64,000 nt of DNA from assembly GCA_012295275.1 (NCBI GenBank), contig CM022670.1:35154001-35218000 (forward strand), in the 5' to 3' direction. The position numbers and the translations under genes are program-made. The notes beneath the pieces are model-generated. The model saw only the letters and a program-made list of their open reading frames with translations, did not search any database and was not told the DNA's origin. This DNA is from Chrysomallon squamiferum. Its lineage: Eukaryota; Animalia; Mollusca. Shown one piece after another: positions 63,481 through 64,000 of this stretch (the stretch's first letter is position 1; each line of letters starts with the position of its first letter).

Positions 63481-63725
63481 TTTGTTTCTTTTGTATGGTT
63501 TTTCTTTTTTCTAATTTTATGCATTTGTTTTAAATGTTAACTGTTATTTTCTAAATGATGTAAAAATGGTAGCACCATATTACATCAGATATTACTGTGG
63601 TGTTTGTTTTCAGGATATGTGTATCAACTGTGGCAAGTGCTACATGACTTGCAATGACTCAGGATACCAGGCCATTTACTTTGATCCTGAGACACACCTT
63701 GCCCGAGTGAGTGAAGACTGCACAG
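48732..63725 (+). CDS. DPYD: Dihydropyrimidine dehydrogenase [NADP+]; 21 exons in window, final exon beyond the right edge; two apparent 1-nt frameshifts
   Basis: The exon chain reproduces DPD motifs: [14 protein letters not shown] Fe-[29 protein letters not shown], catalytic NLSCPHG, and [11 protein letters not shown] ferredoxin. All introns are GT-AG. Confidence 0.97.
51090..51200 (+). CDS. DPYD: DPYD exon 2 ([21 protein letters not shown])
   Basis: TTACAG| ... |GTGAGT; 111 nt. Confidence 0.93.
51660..51831 (+). CDS. DPYD: DPYD exon 3 ([24 protein letters not shown][fs]CQKSCP..IATK), one extra nt at 51765-51767
   Basis: TTGCAG| ... AAG|GTAGTT; 172 nt, one more than an in-frame 171. Confidence 0.9.
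52162..52323 (+). CDS. DPYD: DPYD exon 4 ([30 protein letters not shown])
   Basis: ACACAG| ... GAG|GTTCTG; 162 nt. Confidence 0.93.
52552..52692. repeat. (CAA)n/(CTA)n compound microsatellite in DPYD intron 4
   Basis: Seen directly in the sequence. Confidence 0.9.
52880..53067 (+). CDS. DPYD: DPYD exon 5 ([25 protein letters not shown])
   Basis: ATGCAG| ... AG|GTATTT; 188 nt. Confidence 0.93.
53675..53756 (+). CDS. DPYD: DPYD exon 6 ([16 protein letters not shown])
   Basis: TTGCAG| ... AAA|GTTAGT; 82 nt. Confidence 0.93.
54176..54263 (+). CDS. DPYD: DPYD exon 7 ([17 protein letters not shown])
   Basis: TTGCAG| ... G|GTAATT; 88 nt. Confidence 0.92.
54774..54881 (+). CDS. DPYD: DPYD exon 8 ([24 protein letters not shown])
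   Basis: GTTCAG| ... G|GTAAAT; 108 nt. Confidence 0.93.
55260..55429 (+). CDS. DPYD: DPYD exon 9 ([30 protein letters not shown])
   Basis: TTTCAG| ... GAG|GTAAAC; 170 nt. Confidence 0.94.
55442..55955. repeat. 31-bp minisatellite, about 16 copies, in DPYD intron 9
   Basis: Unit CATGTTAACAGACAGAG(A/C)TATCTAGACTA(C/T)G repeated in tandem. Confidence 0.95.
56455..56664 (+). CDS. DPYD: DPYD exon 10 ([14 protein letters not shown][fs][16 protein letters not shown]), one nt missing near 56548
   Basis: TTCTAG| ... G|GTTAGT; 210 nt, one short of the 211 needed for phase continuity. Confidence 0.9.
57126..57310 (+). CDS. DPYD: DPYD exon 11 ([19 protein letters not shown])
   Basis: TTTCAG| ... CAG|GTGTGA; 185 nt. 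Confidence 0.93.
57753..57968 (+). CDS. DPYD: DPYD exon 12 ([22 protein letters not shown])
   Basis: TTACAG| ... AAG|GTAAAA; 216 nt. Confidence 0.94.
58373..58537 (+). CDS. DPYD: DPYD exon 13 ([25 protein letters not shown])
   Basis: TTTCAG| ... AAG|GTACAA; 165 nt. Confidence 0.94.
59093..59161 (+). CDS. DPYD: DPYD exon 14 ([20 protein letters not shown])
   Basis: TTTCAG| ... GAG|GTACAT; 69 nt. Confidence 0.92.
59482..59565 (+). CDS. DPYD: DPYD exon 15 ([28 protein letters not shown]), catalytic Cys loop
   Basis: TTTCAG| ... CAG|GTACAT; 84 nt. Confidence 0.94.
59952..60072 (+). CDS. DPYD: DPYD exon 16 ([24 protein letters not shown])
   Basis: TTTCAG| ... G|GTATGT; 121 nt. Confidence 0.94.
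60439..60701 (+). CDS. DPYD: DPYD exon 17 ([25 protein letters not shown])
   Basis: TTTCAG| ... CAG|GTGAGA; 263 nt. Confidence 0.94.
61085..61267 (+). CDS. DPYD: DPYD exon 18 ([21 protein letters not shown])
   Basis: GTACAG| ... CAG|GTTAGT; 183 nt. Confidence 0.93.
62114..62260 (+). CDS. DPYD: DPYD exon 19 ([14 protein letters not shown])
   Basis: TTGTAG| ... AAG|GTAAAT; 147 nt. Confidence 0.92.
62872..62955 (+). CDS. DPYD: DPYD exon 20 ([28 protein letters not shown])
   Basis: ATAAAG| ... GAG|GTAAGA; 84 nt. Confidence 0.9.
63614..63725 (+). CDS. DPYD: DPYD exon 21 ([24 protein letters not shown])
   Basis: TTTCAG| ... G|GTAATA; 112 nt; 4Fe-4S motif. Confidence 0.94.
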
Positions 63726-63858
63726 GTAATACACATACCTTTTGTACAAATTTAATTTTATTTTTTAAAAATTATTTTTTTGTTCCTTTATATGTTTTGT
63801 ATGTATTATTATTATTGTTTTGTTGTTGTTACTGTTGTTGTCATTGTAATCATTGAAA

Positions 63859-63914
<56 letters not shown>

Positions 63915-64000
63915 GGTATTAATATTATTATTATCTTTGTCATTGTAATCATTGTTATTATTATTGTTATTATTATTTTTATTAGTATTGTTATTATACT

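Overview
This is AT-rich, microsatellite-dense genomic DNA from an animal; a mollusc-like invertebrate is my inference from composition and gene structure. Three spliced genes can be reconstructed from GT-AG boundaries. (1) The 5' part of a Shaw/Kv3-type voltage-gated K+ channel on the minus strand. Its T1 domain is split over two exons (38693-38972 and 6040-6305) by a 32.4-kb intron, and the rest of the gene runs off the left edge. (2) A complete 5-exon, 76-aa SMIM7 small membrane protein gene on the minus strand (43372-48421), invisible in the ORF track. (3) Dihydropyrimidine dehydrogenase (DPYD) on the plus strand, with 21 exons from 48732 to 63725, the last exon off the right edge, and two single-base frameshifts in short homopolymers that are probably assembly errors. 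SMIM7 and DPYD are head-to-head, with only 310 bp between start codons. Also present are a TA-flanked MITE, a 31-bp minisatellite, an apparent CpG-depleted domain over SMIM7/DPYD, and several candidate regulatory clusters in the long channel intron. Nearly all other ORFs in the supplied track are microsatellite artefacts.
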